A stretch of 64,000 nt of DNA, taken from contig JACOVQ010000004.1 of NCBI GenBank assembly GCA_016177225.1, positions 3,328 through 67,327 on the forward strand, in the 5' to 3' direction. Under the pieces are notes generated by a model. It saw only the letters and a list, made by a program, of their open reading frames with translations. It was not told where the DNA came from and ran no database searches. The position numbers and the translations under genes are program-made. This document shows, one piece after another, positions 40,363 to 49,700 of the stretch (within the stretch, counting starts at the first letter, position 1; the number at the start of each line of letters is the position of its first letter). The DNA is from Candidatus Zambryskiibacteriota bacterium (GTDB lineage: Bacteria; Patescibacteriota; Minisyncoccia; Phycocordibacterales; Zambryskibacteraceae).

Positions 40363-42198
40363 ATGTGTGGAATTACGGGTATTTTAGGAGCGTGGAACAA
40401 CGAGGTCATCAAGAAGATGACTGGGGCTATCGCGCACCGTGGGCCGGATGACGAGGGCTTCTATACAGATGAGAATATTTCGCTGGGGATGAGGCGGCTT
40501 TCCATCATCGACCTTGCGGGAGGGCGTCAGCCGATAAGTTCTACCGACGGGCGATATTTAATTTTCTACAACGGAGAAGTCTATAACTACAAAGAAATAA
40601 AAAAGGATTTAAGCGATTATCAATTTAAAACCGATAGTGATACGGAAGTAGTTTTGGCTGGATTTATAAAGTGGGGACCGGAAGTTTTGAAAAGACTTCG
40701 CGGCATGTTTGCGTTTGCCATTTACGATAAAGAGAAGAAAGAGATACTCCTCGCGCGAGATTTCTTTGGTATTAAACCGCTCTATTACTTTTGCCCCACT
40801 TCGCATGAAGCTTCGCAGAGCCGAAGAGTATTGGCGTACTCTTCGGAAATAAAAAGCTTTCTTGAAATTCCAGGTTTCCAGCCGGAAGTAAATGACACTG
40901 CGGTATTTAATTACCTTTCATACCAGTATAATCCGCTTGAAGAAACATTTTTCAAAAATGTTTATAAACTTCCGCCGGCGCATTACATGAAAGTGAATAC
41001 AGAAACTGGGGAAGCGGAGATCAAAAGATATTGGCAGTTTGCATTTAGCCAAAACGATTCTTTAGATGAATCAGAAACTCGGGAGAAAATTCTGGAAACA
41101 ATGAAGAATTCCGTAGCTCATCACATGATTGCCGATGTGCCGGTCGGTGCGTTTCTCTCGGGTGGAATTGATTCGAGTATTATTGCGACACTCATGCAAC
41201 GTATTAGAGGCGATAAGAAAATAAAAACTTTTACTGTGGGATTTCAATCTCTAAGCGAGACATGCGAAGCTCGCGAGACTGCCGAGCCGCTTGGTACGGA
41301 ACACAGAGAAATTTTCATCGGTCCGGAAGAATATTTCAAGATGTTGCCTGAAGCCGTTTGGCATTTTGATGAGCCGGTAGCCGACCCCTCTGCTATCGGC
41401 TTATATTTCTTGGCGCGCGAGGCGAGAAAACACGTCAAAGTGGTGCTCTCTGGCGAAGGCGCCGACGAACTCTTCGGCGGATATAATATTTATCTTGAAC
41501 CTTTCGCTCGACGCTGGATATCCTGGATTCCCAAGTTTATTTTGAAATTTCTTTCTAAACTCCCTCTGCGAGGCAGTAATTTCGCCAAGCGCGCCTTGTT
41601 TAAACTCGAAGAACGTTACATAGGCAATGCCTCTGTATTTAATTCAGAAGAAGTCAAAAAGTTATGGAAAACAGGCGTGTCAACCTGCCAGGTTGACACG
41701 GGGGGGCTATACGAGAAAGTCAAAAATTTGAGCGATTCGACCAAGATGCAATATATCGACATTAACACCTGGCTAGTGGGGGATATTTTGGCCAAAGCGG
41801 ACAAGATGACTATGGCGCATTCGCTAGAACTAAGAGTGCCATTCCTCGATAGAGAGGTGGCGAAACTCACATCAAAATTGCCGGATAGATTTAAGTGGAG
41901 GAGTGGCAAAACTAAATACCTTTTACGAGAAGCGTTTAAAAAGATTCTGCCGGAATCCACGCGCAAGCGCAAAAAGCTTGGTTTCCCAACGCCGGTGCGA
42001 AACTGGTTTACCAAAGAGAGAACGGATTTGTACCAAACGATTCTTGAGAACCCCTATATTAAGAGCCATATGGATACGGGCTTTATTCGAAAGCTTATAG
42101 AAGACCACACGTCAAATGGTATTGATAACTCCAGGAAGATTTACCTCTTATTAATGCTTGCCCTCTGGTACAATACCTTTATCCATGGACGTACTTAA
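40363..42198 (+). CDS. asnB: asparagine synthase-family glutamine amidotransferase
   Basis: MCGI, HRGPD, LSGGIDS and SGEGADE. Confidence 0.95.
   Translation: MCGITGILGAWNNEVIKKMTGAIAHRGPDDEGFYTDENISLGMRRLSIIDLAGGRQPISSTDGRYLIFYNGEVYNYKEIKKDLSDYQFKTDSDTEVVLAGFIKWGPEVLKRLRGMFAFAIYDKEKKEILLARDFFGIKPLYYFCPTSHEASQSRRVLAYSSEIKSFLEIPGFQPEVNDTAVFNYLSYQYNPLEETFFKNVYKLPPAHYMKVNTETGEAEIKRYWQFAFSQNDSLDESETREKILETMKNSVAHHMIADVPVGAFLSGGIDSSIIATLMQRIRGDKKIKTFTVGFQSLSETCEARETAEPLGTEHREIFIGPEEYFKMLPEAVWHFDEPVADPSAIGLYFLAREARKHVKVVLSGEGADELFGGYNIYLEPFARRWISWIPKFILKFLSKLPLRGSNFAKRALFKLEERYIGNASVFNSEEVKKLWKTGVSTCQVDTGGLYEKVKNLSDSTKMQYIDINTWLVGDILAKADKMTMAHSLELRVPFLDREVAKLTSKLPDRFKWRSGKTKYLLREAFKKILPESTRKRKKLGFPTPVRNWFTKERTDLYQTILENPYIKSHMDTGFIRKLIEDHTSNGIDNSRKIYLLLMLALWYNTFIHGRT
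41676..41700. repeat. 25-bp palindrome inside asnB
   Basis: CGTGTCAACCTG-C-CAGGTTGACACG; also at 54061-54091. Confidence 0.9.
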
Positions 42199-43237
42199 AA
42201 TAATTTTACCGACCGTTTTAACTTTCTTTATCGGCATTGGTATTACGCCGTTTTTTACCCGCTACTTTTATAAATACAAAATGTGGAAAAAGTTTTCCAG
42301 GACGGAGGCCAATACTTCAAACACTTTTAACACTATTCATAACACAACCGCCGAGATGAGTACGCCTCGCATCGGCGGCGTGATTATCTGGATATCGGTG
42401 CTGTTCGCCATCTCGGTTATTTATCTTTTGTCAGTATTTTTTCCGACCAATCTTACGGAGAAGCTCAACTTCTTCTCGCGCTCGCAAACGCTCGTGCCTC
42501 TGGGAGCCTTTTTCCTCGCGGCTCTGGTGGGTCTGGTAGAAGACCTTTCTCACATCTCCGGCCGCGGCGTTATCGCAAGCGACTCTCTGGTTTACCGAAA
42601 AATTAAAATTGTTCTAATATTCCTTATTGCTCTGGTCATCAGTTTCTGGTTTTATTTCAAAATCGATTTCAGCTCTGTCCACATTCCGTTTGCCGGCAGT
42701 TTGGAACTCGGCATCATTTTCATACCGTTCTTTATCATGGTCATGCTTGCCACTTTCTCAACTTCGGTCATTGATGGCCTTGACGGGTTGGCCGGGGGAG
42801 TGATGGCCACTATCTTTGCCGCCTTCTCGCTTATTGCTTACATGAATAGCCAAACCGATATCTCCGCTCTCTCTGGCGCCATTGCCGGAGGCATTCTTGC
42901 ATTCTTGTGGTTTAATGTCCCGCCGGCACGCTTCTATATGGGCGAAACGGGCATGCTTGCGCTGACGGTAACGCTTTCTGTTATCGCATTTCTTACCGAC
43001 GCGGTTTTGCTCTTGCCGATTATCGCCTTGCCGCTCGTTTTAACTACCGCCTCTGTCATTATCCAGATTGTCTCTTACAAATTCTTCAACAAACGGCGTA
43101 TCTTTAAAGTAGCGCCATTGCATCACCACTTCCAAGCCATCGGCTGGCCGCGCGAGAAGGTGGTCATGCGCTATTGGATAATTTCCGTTATCTCGGCCAT
43201 TACGGGAATTATTTTGTATCTAGCAAGTTTTAAATGA
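42185..43237 (+). CDS. mraY: phospho-MurNAc-pentapeptide transferase
   Basis: TPRIGG, DGLDGL, FYMGETG and APLHHHF. Confidence 0.92.
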   Translation: MDVLKIILPTVLTFFIGIGITPFFTRYFYKYKMWKKFSRTEANTSNTFNTIHNTTAEMSTPRIGGVIIWISVLFAISVIYLLSVFFPTNLTEKLNFFSRSQTLVPLGAFFLAALVGLVEDLSHISGRGVIASDSLVYRKIKIVLIFLIALVISFWFYFKIDFSSVHIPFAGSLELGIIFIPFFIMVMLATFSTSVIDGLDGLAGGVMATIFAAFSLIAYMNSQTDISALSGAIAGGILAFLWFNVPPARFYMGETGMLALTVTLSVIAFLTDAVLLLPIIALPLVLTTASVIIQIVSYKFFNKRRIFKVAPLHHHFQAIGWPREKVVMRYWIISVISAITGIILYLASFK

Positions 43238-44265
43238 CGGCAAAGCTCGTTAAATTTAAAGATTGGTACGAAGAAAACGAAAAGAAAATCTCATTCGTCT
43301 CGCTTGCAGGCGGCTTTATCCTCGACCTTCTTACGGCGCGCATCGACTCTTTTCTCGATAATTTGTGGCTCGCTCTCAATATTTTTTCTGTGGCCATATG
43401 CATCATCGTCCTCAACCGCAAAGAGAATTTCTTTCTCTTTAACCTCATGCAGTTTAATTTCGGCGCCATTTTGGGCACTTCATTCGTCTTCTACTTCAGG
43501 TCGGCGGCGCTTTCGGCCAGTTGGCCGTTTCTTCTTATCCTGCTTTCAGCCTTATTTGCCAACGAGTTTTTCAAAAAGCACTATGAACAGCTTGTTTTCC
43601 GGGTCTCATTTCTTTATCTCTCGCTCTTTATATACTTCTCATATCTTGTGCCGGTGTTGGTTCATCGCATTGGTTCAGTCGTCTTTCTTGCAAGCGGGGC
43701 TTTAAGCCTTATTGTATTATGGGGTTTTGTAAAAGTTCTGAAAGAATTTTCTAGACAAACATTCTTTGCTGTCTCAAGTCTCTTTATTGTTATCAACCTT
43801 CTGTATTTTTTAAACGTCATTCCGCCTATTCCTCTCGTTCTTAAAGACGCCGGCATTTACTACTCCGTGGACCGCACCGCTTCCGGCGGTTACGCCGTAA
43901 CGGCAGAGAAAAAAAGTTGGCTCGATTTATTTGGAATCAATCAGAAAATTTATTGGTCTGAGGGTAAGACTTTGTACGCATATAGCGCCGTCTTTTCTCC
44001 CGCGGACCTTAATACCGACATTGTCCATGAATGGCAGTATAAAGACGAAAATACCGGTAAATGGATTGCTGGTAGCCGTATACCGCTTAAGCTCTTCGGC
44101 GGCAGGCAAGAAGGCTTCCGCACTTACTCGGTTAAGTCCGCTCTTGCGCCAGGCCGCTGGCGCGTCAACGTCACAACATCTCGCGGCGCCGTTTTGGGCC
44201 GAATTAGTTTTCTTGTCATAGAATCGCCTGATATTTTTAACAGGGAAGTAAAAGTGTTAAAATAA
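43234..44265 (+). CDS. membrane protein, DUF2914-like
   Basis: Multiple TMs; AVFSP...HEW, GGRQEGFRTYS and GRWRV. Confidence 0.8.
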   Translation: MTAKLVKFKDWYEENEKKISFVSLAGGFILDLLTARIDSFLDNLWLALNIFSVAICIIVLNRKENFFLFNLMQFNFGAILGTSFVFYFRSAALSASWPFLLILLSALFANEFFKKHYEQLVFRVSFLYLSLFIYFSYLVPVLVHRIGSVVFLASGALSLIVLWGFVKVLKEFSRQTFFAVSSLFIVINLLYFLNVIPPIPLVLKDAGIYYSVDRTASGGYAVTAEKKSWLDLFGINQKIYWSEGKTLYAYSAVFSPADLNTDIVHEWQYKDENTGKWIAGSRIPLKLFGGRQEGFRTYSVKSALAPGRWRVNVTTSRGAVLGRISFLVIESPDIFNREVKVLK

Positions 44266-44270
44266 TAAAA

Positions 44271-44705
44271 ATGAAATTTCTGTTTCTCTTATTGTTTTTC
44301 ATTCTCACTTTTTTTCCTAGCGCTTTGGCCGCTGAGACGAAGGATAACGTATTGGAAGCCATGTGCAAGCAAGTGCTTTCTGGCGACTTAGACTTATCTC
44401 CAAAAGTATTGTTGGAAAAGGCGAAAGAAAAAGCGGTTGCGCTGCCCGGCGAGATGCTAGCCGCTGCAACTAAAAAGTTGAGCGAGGTTCCCGAAGTACT
44501 GGCCGAAAAAATCGAATCTTTGAAAAAGCCCGTTCCGTCCGCAAATTCTCTATTATTAAAATCTCTTTCGCCCGAAACTAATAACAGCGCTCTCATGGCC
44601 TCCGTCTTAAATTCCGGCATAGACCTCGCCAGTATCCTGGTCAGGTATTGGCAGTGGACCTCCGCCGGCATAGTGTTGCTATATCTCTTACTCAAATTTT
44701 ACTGA
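44271..44705 (+). CDS. hypothetical protein with signal peptide and C-terminal TM
   Basis: Operon position and hydrophobic termini. Confidence 0.7.
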   Translation: MKFLFLLLFFILTFFPSALAAETKDNVLEAMCKQVLSGDLDLSPKVLLEKAKEKAVALPGEMLAAATKKLSEVPEVLAEKIESLKKPVPSANSLLLKSLSPETNNSALMASVLNSGIDLASILVRYWQWTSAGIVLLYLLLKFY

Positions 44706-44720
44706 TATAATCCACTCACT

Positions 44721-45812
44721 ATGGCAACCCGGGCGAGAGTTGATAAGACTTTTTTATCCATTACCGTACTTTTGGCCGGTGCGGGATTTCTCATTTTCTC
44801 CTCCGCCTCGCTCGCCCTCCTGGCTAAAGAGAGCTCTAATTACTCCAGTATTGCTTTCTCCCAAACGGTGTTGGGCTTGCTTGCCGGGTCCGTCGCTTTA
44901 GTTATCGCATCAAGACTCGATTATAAAATTTGGAAAAAATTTGCTTTTTATCTTCTGCTTTTTGCCATAATTTTAAATATTGCCGTGCTTATACCCGGTG
45001 TCGGCTTCGCACACGCCGGGGCGCGAAGATGGCTTGAAGTTGGCGGTTTTTCTTTCCAGCCGTCCGAAGTGCTTAAACTCGGATTCATCATTTATTTTGC
45101 GGCCTGGTGCTCGGCAGTCAAAGATAAAATCAAAACTTTCTCTTGGGGCCTTATGCCATTTATTATCATGCTCAGTATTGCGGGAGTATTGCTTTTAAAA
45201 CAGCCAGACTACGACACGCTCCTTGTACTTGCAGTCACTGGCATCGCCATGTTCGTAGCCGCCGGAGCAAGATGGAAAGACATTTTACTTTTGGCTATTG
45301 TTGGAACCATTGCCATATCGTTTAAAATTTATGCCACTCCGTACGCTATGCAAAGAATCAAAACCTTTTTTCACCCTATGGAGAATACTTTGGGGGCGGG
45401 GTGGCAAAGTCAGCAATCTCTTATCGCTGTCGGTTCTGGAGGATTATTTGGCAGGGGATTTGGACAAAGTGTGCAGAAATTTACTTATCTTCCGGAGCCG
45501 GTGGGTGATTCAGTCTTTGCGGTAGCGGCGGAAGAGCTCGGCTTTATCGGCGCGGTAATTCTTGTCGGACTCTTCGTGCTCTTTGCCACGCGAGGACTCA
45601 AGATTGCTTCGGGAGCCGCAAATCCATTTGCTAGACTGGTTGTTGTCGGAATTGTTATAATGATTATATCCCAGGCATTCGTCAATATCGGCGCCATGCT
45701 TGGAGTGGTTCCACTTTCAGGCATTACCTTGCCATTCGTATCGCAAGGAGGTACATCTTTATTTTTTACTCTGCTTGAAGCCGGTATCGTCCTTTCGATC
45801 TCTCGATTTTAA
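44721..45812 (+). CDS. ftsW: SEDS-family peptidoglycan glycosyltransferase
   Basis: GARRW, FQPSE, LPEP and GITLPFVSQGG; directly before murG. Confidence 0.9.
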   Translation: MATRARVDKTFLSITVLLAGAGFLIFSSASLALLAKESSNYSSIAFSQTVLGLLAGSVALVIASRLDYKIWKKFAFYLLLFAIILNIAVLIPGVGFAHAGARRWLEVGGFSFQPSEVLKLGFIIYFAAWCSAVKDKIKTFSWGLMPFIIMLSIAGVLLLKQPDYDTLLVLAVTGIAMFVAAGARWKDILLLAIVGTIAISFKIYATPYAMQRIKTFFHPMENTLGAGWQSQQSLIAVGSGGLFGRGFGQSVQKFTYLPEPVGDSVFAVAAEELGFIGAVILVGLFVLFATRGLKIASGAANPFARLVVVGIVIMIISQAFVNIGAMLGVVPLSGITLPFVSQGGTSLFFTLLEAGIVLSISRF

Positions 45813-45813
45813 T

Positions 45814-46959
45814 ATGAGAATTTTATTTACCGGCGGCGGCACAGGCGGGCACTTCTACCCGATTATTTCCATTGCCGAAGAGCTCAGCGCTTTAGCCAAA
45901 GAGAAAAAACTTTTAGAGCTTGAGCTCTTCTTCATGTCGCCAACTCCGTACGATGCCGGAGTGCTTTACGAGCACGGCATTATTTATAAGAAAAATTCTG
46001 CCGGTAAAATTCGCCGCGCTCCGGGGATTTTGAGCTTGTTTGAAAACTTTATCGATATTTTCAAAACGGGGTGGGGGATTCTTTCTTCCATTAGGCAGGT
46101 TTATGCGATTTATCCCGACGTTATCTTTGGCAAGGGCGGCTACACGAGCTTCCCGGCGCTTCTGGCGGGAAAGCTTTTGCGCATACCGGTCGTTATTCAC
46201 GAATCAGATACGGTGCCGGGGCGAGTGAACTTGTGGGCGGCAAAATTTGCATCTAAAATCGCCGTTTCGTACCGCGAGGCGGCAAAATACTTTCCCCCAA
46301 ATAAAGTAGCTTATACCGGCAATCCGGTGCGCAGAGATATTGCCACTCCTAAGACTGAAGGAGCGCGAGAATTTCTAAAAATCGAGGAAGGAGTGCCGGT
46401 AATATTAATTCTCGGCGGTTCGCAAGGAGCGAGAAAAATTAATGACACCGTGCTTGAAGAGCTCGATAAGCTGGTGGAAAAATACGTCATTATTCACCAA
46501 GTGGGAAAGAATAATTTTGAAGAGGTAAAAGCCACGAGTGAAGCGGTGTTATTTAACTCCTCGCACAAAGACAGATATAAACCGTTTGATTATCTTAATA
46601 ATTTGGCAATTAGGATGGCCGCGGGCGTGGCTAGCGTGGTTGTATCCCGCGCCGGCTCGACCATATTTGAAATCGCGAGCTGGGCAGTGCCATCCATCAT
46701 TATTCCCATCAACGAGCGCGTTAGTCGCGACCAGCGCTCCAACGCCTTCGCTTACGCTCGAGCCGGCGCCTGCTCCGTTATCGAAGAAGATAATTTGACT
46801 CCCGCCATACTCGCTTCAGAAATTGAGCGGCTGGTGACAAACGAAGATTTGCGCAAGAAGATGGGGGAGGCGGCCAAAACATTTTTTAAACCGGACGCGG
46901 CACGCTTGGTGGCGGAAGAAATTCTTAAGATTGCCCTCGCACATGAAATTGAGAAGTAG
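45814..46959 (+). CDS. murG: MurG glycosyltransferase
   Basis: GGGTGGH, GNPVR, GGSQGA and SRAG. Confidence 0.95.
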   Translation: MRILFTGGGTGGHFYPIISIAEELSALAKEKKLLELELFFMSPTPYDAGVLYEHGIIYKKNSAGKIRRAPGILSLFENFIDIFKTGWGILSSIRQVYAIYPDVIFGKGGYTSFPALLAGKLLRIPVVIHESDTVPGRVNLWAAKFASKIAVSYREAAKYFPPNKVAYTGNPVRRDIATPKTEGAREFLKIEEGVPVILILGGSQGARKINDTVLEELDKLVEKYVIIHQVGKNNFEEVKATSEAVLFNSSHKDRYKPFDYLNNLAIRMAAGVASVVVSRAGSTIFEIASWAVPSIIIPINERVSRDQRSNAFAYARAGACSVIEEDNLTPAILASEIERLVTNEDLRKKMGEAAKTFFKPDAARLVAEEILKIALAHEIEK

Positions 46960-46962
46960 ATA

Positions 46963-47392
46963 AATCCTCTCCCAACCTCTCCTTTATCAAGGAGAGGGGC
47001 AATATGTTGAAATACAACTTTATTCCTTACAATAAAAATCTGGTTTCTAGAGCTAGAGAATTGAGAAATAACCAGACTAAAGCTGAAAAGATTTTTTGGA
47101 CTGATATTCTAAAAAGTAAAGAATTTAAAAACTTAATTTTTCTTAGGCAGAAGCCGATTGGAAATTTTATTATGGATTTCTATTGCGCAAAATTACTTCT
47201 AGACATAGAGATAGACGGCGACGTTCATGATACAGGCAGAGACAAAGAAAGAGATTATATTTTAAAAGAAAAGTTTGGTATTACAGCGGTTCGGTATAAG
47301 AATGATGATGTCGTAAATGACTCCGAAAGTATAAAGGAAGATTTATTCAAAAGAATTTTTCTCCCTTGATAAAGGGAGGGCAGGGAGGGATT
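46963..47392. mobile_element. DUF559 gene bracketed by inverted hairpin repeats
   Basis: 46963-46997 and 47361-47392 are inverted copies; hairpin loops are TATC and GATA. Confidence 0.65.
47004..47369 (+). CDS. DUF559/Vsr-like endonuclease
   Basis: ARELRNNQTKAE...FLRQKPIGNFIMDFYC...EIDGDVH. Confidence 0.9.
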   Translation: MLKYNFIPYNKNLVSRARELRNNQTKAEKIFWTDILKSKEFKNLIFLRQKPIGNFIMDFYCAKLLLDIEIDGDVHDTGRDKERDYILKEKFGITAVRYKNDDVVNDSESIKEDLFKRIFLP

Positions 47393-47429
47393 AGAATGGG
47401 TTACGGAGGAATCATGCTAGAATTGGTTT

Positions 47430-48587
47430 ATGAAAGTAATAACCAGAATTCCGCCTTCCCCTACTGGTAATCTCCATATCGGTACCGCTCGCACCGCGCT
47501 TTTTAATTATCTTTTTGCTAAAAAGAATGGAGGTAAGATTATCTTGCGCAGTGAAGATACCGATAGGGAAAGGTCGAAAAAAGAATTCGAAGAAAATATA
47601 ATAGAAAGCCTAAATTGGCTTGGAATTGGCTACGACGAATTTCAGAGACAATCTGAAAGAGGGGAGATTTATAAAAAATATATCGAGAAGTTATTAAAAG
47701 ACGGTTCTGTCTACGAAGCTGAAGAAGGTGTAATCAGATTCAAGAATCCCAACACAAGAATAAAATTCACGGATGTGGTTCGAGGCGATATAGAATTTGA
47801 TACAAGCGACCTGGAAAATTTCGTCATTGCCAAAAATGTTAGTGAACCGCTTTATCACTTGGCTGTAGTGGTAGACGACCATGAATCAGGCATTACGCAC
47901 ATAATTAGAGGAGAGGACCATATTTCCAATACACCGAGACAAATTTTGATACAAGAAGCTATAGGTGCCACACGTCCTATCTACGCGCATGCGCCTCTGA
48001 TTCTTGCTCCCGACCGCTCCAAACTTTCTAAAAGACACGGGGCGACAGCAGTTATTGATTATCAGGCTAAAGGCTATCTGCCCGAAGCCATGATAAATTA
48101 TCTAGCTCTCCTCGGCTGGAATCCCGGAACAGACCAGGAAATATTTACGATGGAAGAACTGATTAAACAATTTGATTTGAATAAAATTCAAAAGGGCGGG
48201 GCAATATTTGATGAAAAAAAATTGGCATGGGTAAATAAAGAGCACATCAAGCGCTTATCGCCTGAAGTGCAGAAAGGAATGCAGATTAAAACCCTGAAAG
48301 AAGAACATTATATAAAAAATCGCCCGGATTTAGATGTGGAAAAGATGAGTTGGAAAAATTTTTCCAAAGAAGATACAAAGAAGTGTCTCGAAGAAGTCAA
48401 TAAATTAATACCTGATACGGATGCTATAATGAAATACGCCGAAAGGGTAGGGAAAGGTAATGTCTTGTGGCCTCTGCGCTACGCTCTATCCGGCGAAGAG
48501 AAGTCTCCCGACCCGTTTACGCTCATAGCGGTGCTCGGAAAAGATGAATCAATTTCTCGCGTCAAAAAAGCCATCGAAATTCTCTGA
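47430..48587 (+). CDS. gltX: glutamate--tRNA ligase
   Basis: PSPTGNLHIG, RGEDH and KLSKR. Confidence 0.95.
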   Translation: MKVITRIPPSPTGNLHIGTARTALFNYLFAKKNGGKIILRSEDTDRERSKKEFEENIIESLNWLGIGYDEFQRQSERGEIYKKYIEKLLKDGSVYEAEEGVIRFKNPNTRIKFTDVVRGDIEFDTSDLENFVIAKNVSEPLYHLAVVVDDHESGITHIIRGEDHISNTPRQILIQEAIGATRPIYAHAPLILAPDRSKLSKRHGATAVIDYQAKGYLPEAMINYLALLGWNPGTDQEIFTMEELIKQFDLNKIQKGGAIFDEKKLAWVNKEHIKRLSPEVQKGMQIKTLKEEHYIKNRPDLDVEKMSWKNFSKEDTKKCLEEVNKLIPDTDAIMKYAERVGKGNVLWPLRYALSGEEKSPDPFTLIAVLGKDESISRVKKAIEIL

Positions 48588-48625
48588 ACTTGCATGTTTA
48601 CCGTCTCTTTACTATTATTTATTAT

Positions 48626-48802
48626 ATGCAAACAAACAGGGGATTTATCGGCAAAATAATCCTGATTATTATCGGTCTTGCGCTTCTGAAATATTTTTTC
48701 GACTGGTCGATATTTGACGCTATAGATTCTCCGCGTGGCCAGGCCGCTATCTCTTACATCAAAGATATTATTACCTATATTTGGAATGAAATTATTCATT
48801 AG
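48626..48802 (+). CDS. small membrane protein
   Basis: MQTNRGFIGKIILIIIGLALLKYFF. Confidence 0.65.
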   Translation: MQTNRGFIGKIILIIIGLALLKYFFDWSIFDAIDSPRGQAAISYIKDIITYIWNEIIH

Positions 48803-48905
48803 GCCTCTTAAAATCATACTGTTCTTCTTATTGTCTCCGCTATATGTGCCGATGTATCTATTGATGAACTTTACTTTCAAATGGTGGACCGATCTTTTGA
48901 AGTAA
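48786..48905 (+). CDS. 39-aa hydrophobic protein; not in the ORF track
   Basis: MKLFIRPLKIILFFLLSPLYVPMYLLMNFTFKWWTDLLK. Confidence 0.5.
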   Translation: MKLFIRPLKIILFFLLSPLYVPMYLLMNFTFKWWTDLLK

Positions 48906-48910
48906 TAGAT

Positions 48911-48938
48911 ATGTCACAAAAGATATATTGTGGGACAC
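48911..48938. other. dif-like tyrosine-recombinase site
   Basis: ATGTCACAAAA-GATATA-TTGTGGGACAC (11-6-11; arms match 8/11 as inverted repeats); at the gene strand-bias switch. Confidence 0.55.
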
Positions 48939-49091
48939 GAATCTAAGTTCTTTCCCCCTACTCCCTACACTTTGCTTTGATTCATAACCTCGACAGTGAG
49001 TCCAAAAGTTTTATATACTTGTGTTAGCGTGAGAGTTGTGACCTCACGCTGTTGTATTTAGCCATGGGAGCGGGTGAAAGCCCCGCACTAA

Positions 49092-49151
49092 ATGTTCGAC
49101 ACATTGAATCTCATCATCATTTTGTTGATTGTGAAGCAATTGACGAAATAG
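49092..49151 (+). CDS. 19-aa hydrophobic peptide, type I toxin-like
   Basis: MFDTLNLIIILLIVKQLTK with candidate promoter, structured leader and terminator. Confidence 0.45.
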   Translation: MFDTLNLIIILLIVKQLTK

Positions 49152-49158
49152 ATGACCT

Positions 49159-49184
49159 AAGACTGGCAAAGATGTCAGTCTTTT
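49159..49184 (+). terminator. intrinsic terminator
   Basis: AAGACTGGCA-AAGA-TGTCAGTCTT then TT. Confidence 0.7.
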
Positions 49185-49190
49185 GTATTA

Positions 49191-49586
49191 GACCCACCAT
49201 TGAAGTTATGAATCGGCAATTTATATAATTTTAAACGCCGATGTTTATGAAAATCTCCCCTGCTCTGTCCCTAATTTGCTTAAAATTTAGACCGAGAGTA
49301 AACTAGAAACTAGCCACGAAGTTCATTGAATCCTGGCACAGACAGCCTGAAGATTATCTAGATAACGTTCTAGAGTCCCGCTACCCTTTAACGAGGGATA
49401 ACTTGGAGACTTATTCGCTAGATAATCGCGTAAGGTGAACCAATTTGTAGCTTTATGCTACTAACCCGCCGTAAGTCGGAAACAATAACTTCGTTTCTTG
49501 TTCAGTCTGTGTCAGAATTCAGTGAATTTTTTATTTGAGACAGAACAAGAGAGATTTTCATCTCTTACAACCTCGATGGTGGAGCT
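49191..49586 (-). ncRNA. large structured non-coding element, family unassigned
   Basis: Three nested long-range stems plus about nine local hairpins; no ORF in the track. Confidence 0.65.
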
Positions 49587-49653
49587 AAGTACAGTGTAAG
49601 TAACTGTTTATAACTACGTTTGACTAAATTACATATATGGATATCATATATGC

Positions 49654-49700
49654 ATATGGGCTTCGGCCTCGCCCCGTAAGGGGAGAATAACAAGGAAATT
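49654..49700 (+). ncRNA. candidate sRNA antisense to mazF; 3' end unknown
   Basis: TTGACT-N16-TATCAT promoter, then cUUCGg and GUAA tetraloop hairpins. Confidence 0.5.

Noticed and set aside
49064-49228. 54-aa alternative ORF starting MGAGESPALN
   Set aside because: It crosses the terminator and structured regions and has no recognisable features.
49577-49586. tmRNA or tRNA 3' end (GCTCCACCA on the minus strand)
   Set aside because: No preceding T arm, no matching 5' acceptor strand and no tag frame; it sits at the 5' side of the fold.
49191-49586. RNase P RNA or self-splicing intron
   Set aside because: No GAGGAAAGTC-type P4 motif, no group II domain V or group I P7 core recognised, and no interrupted host gene.
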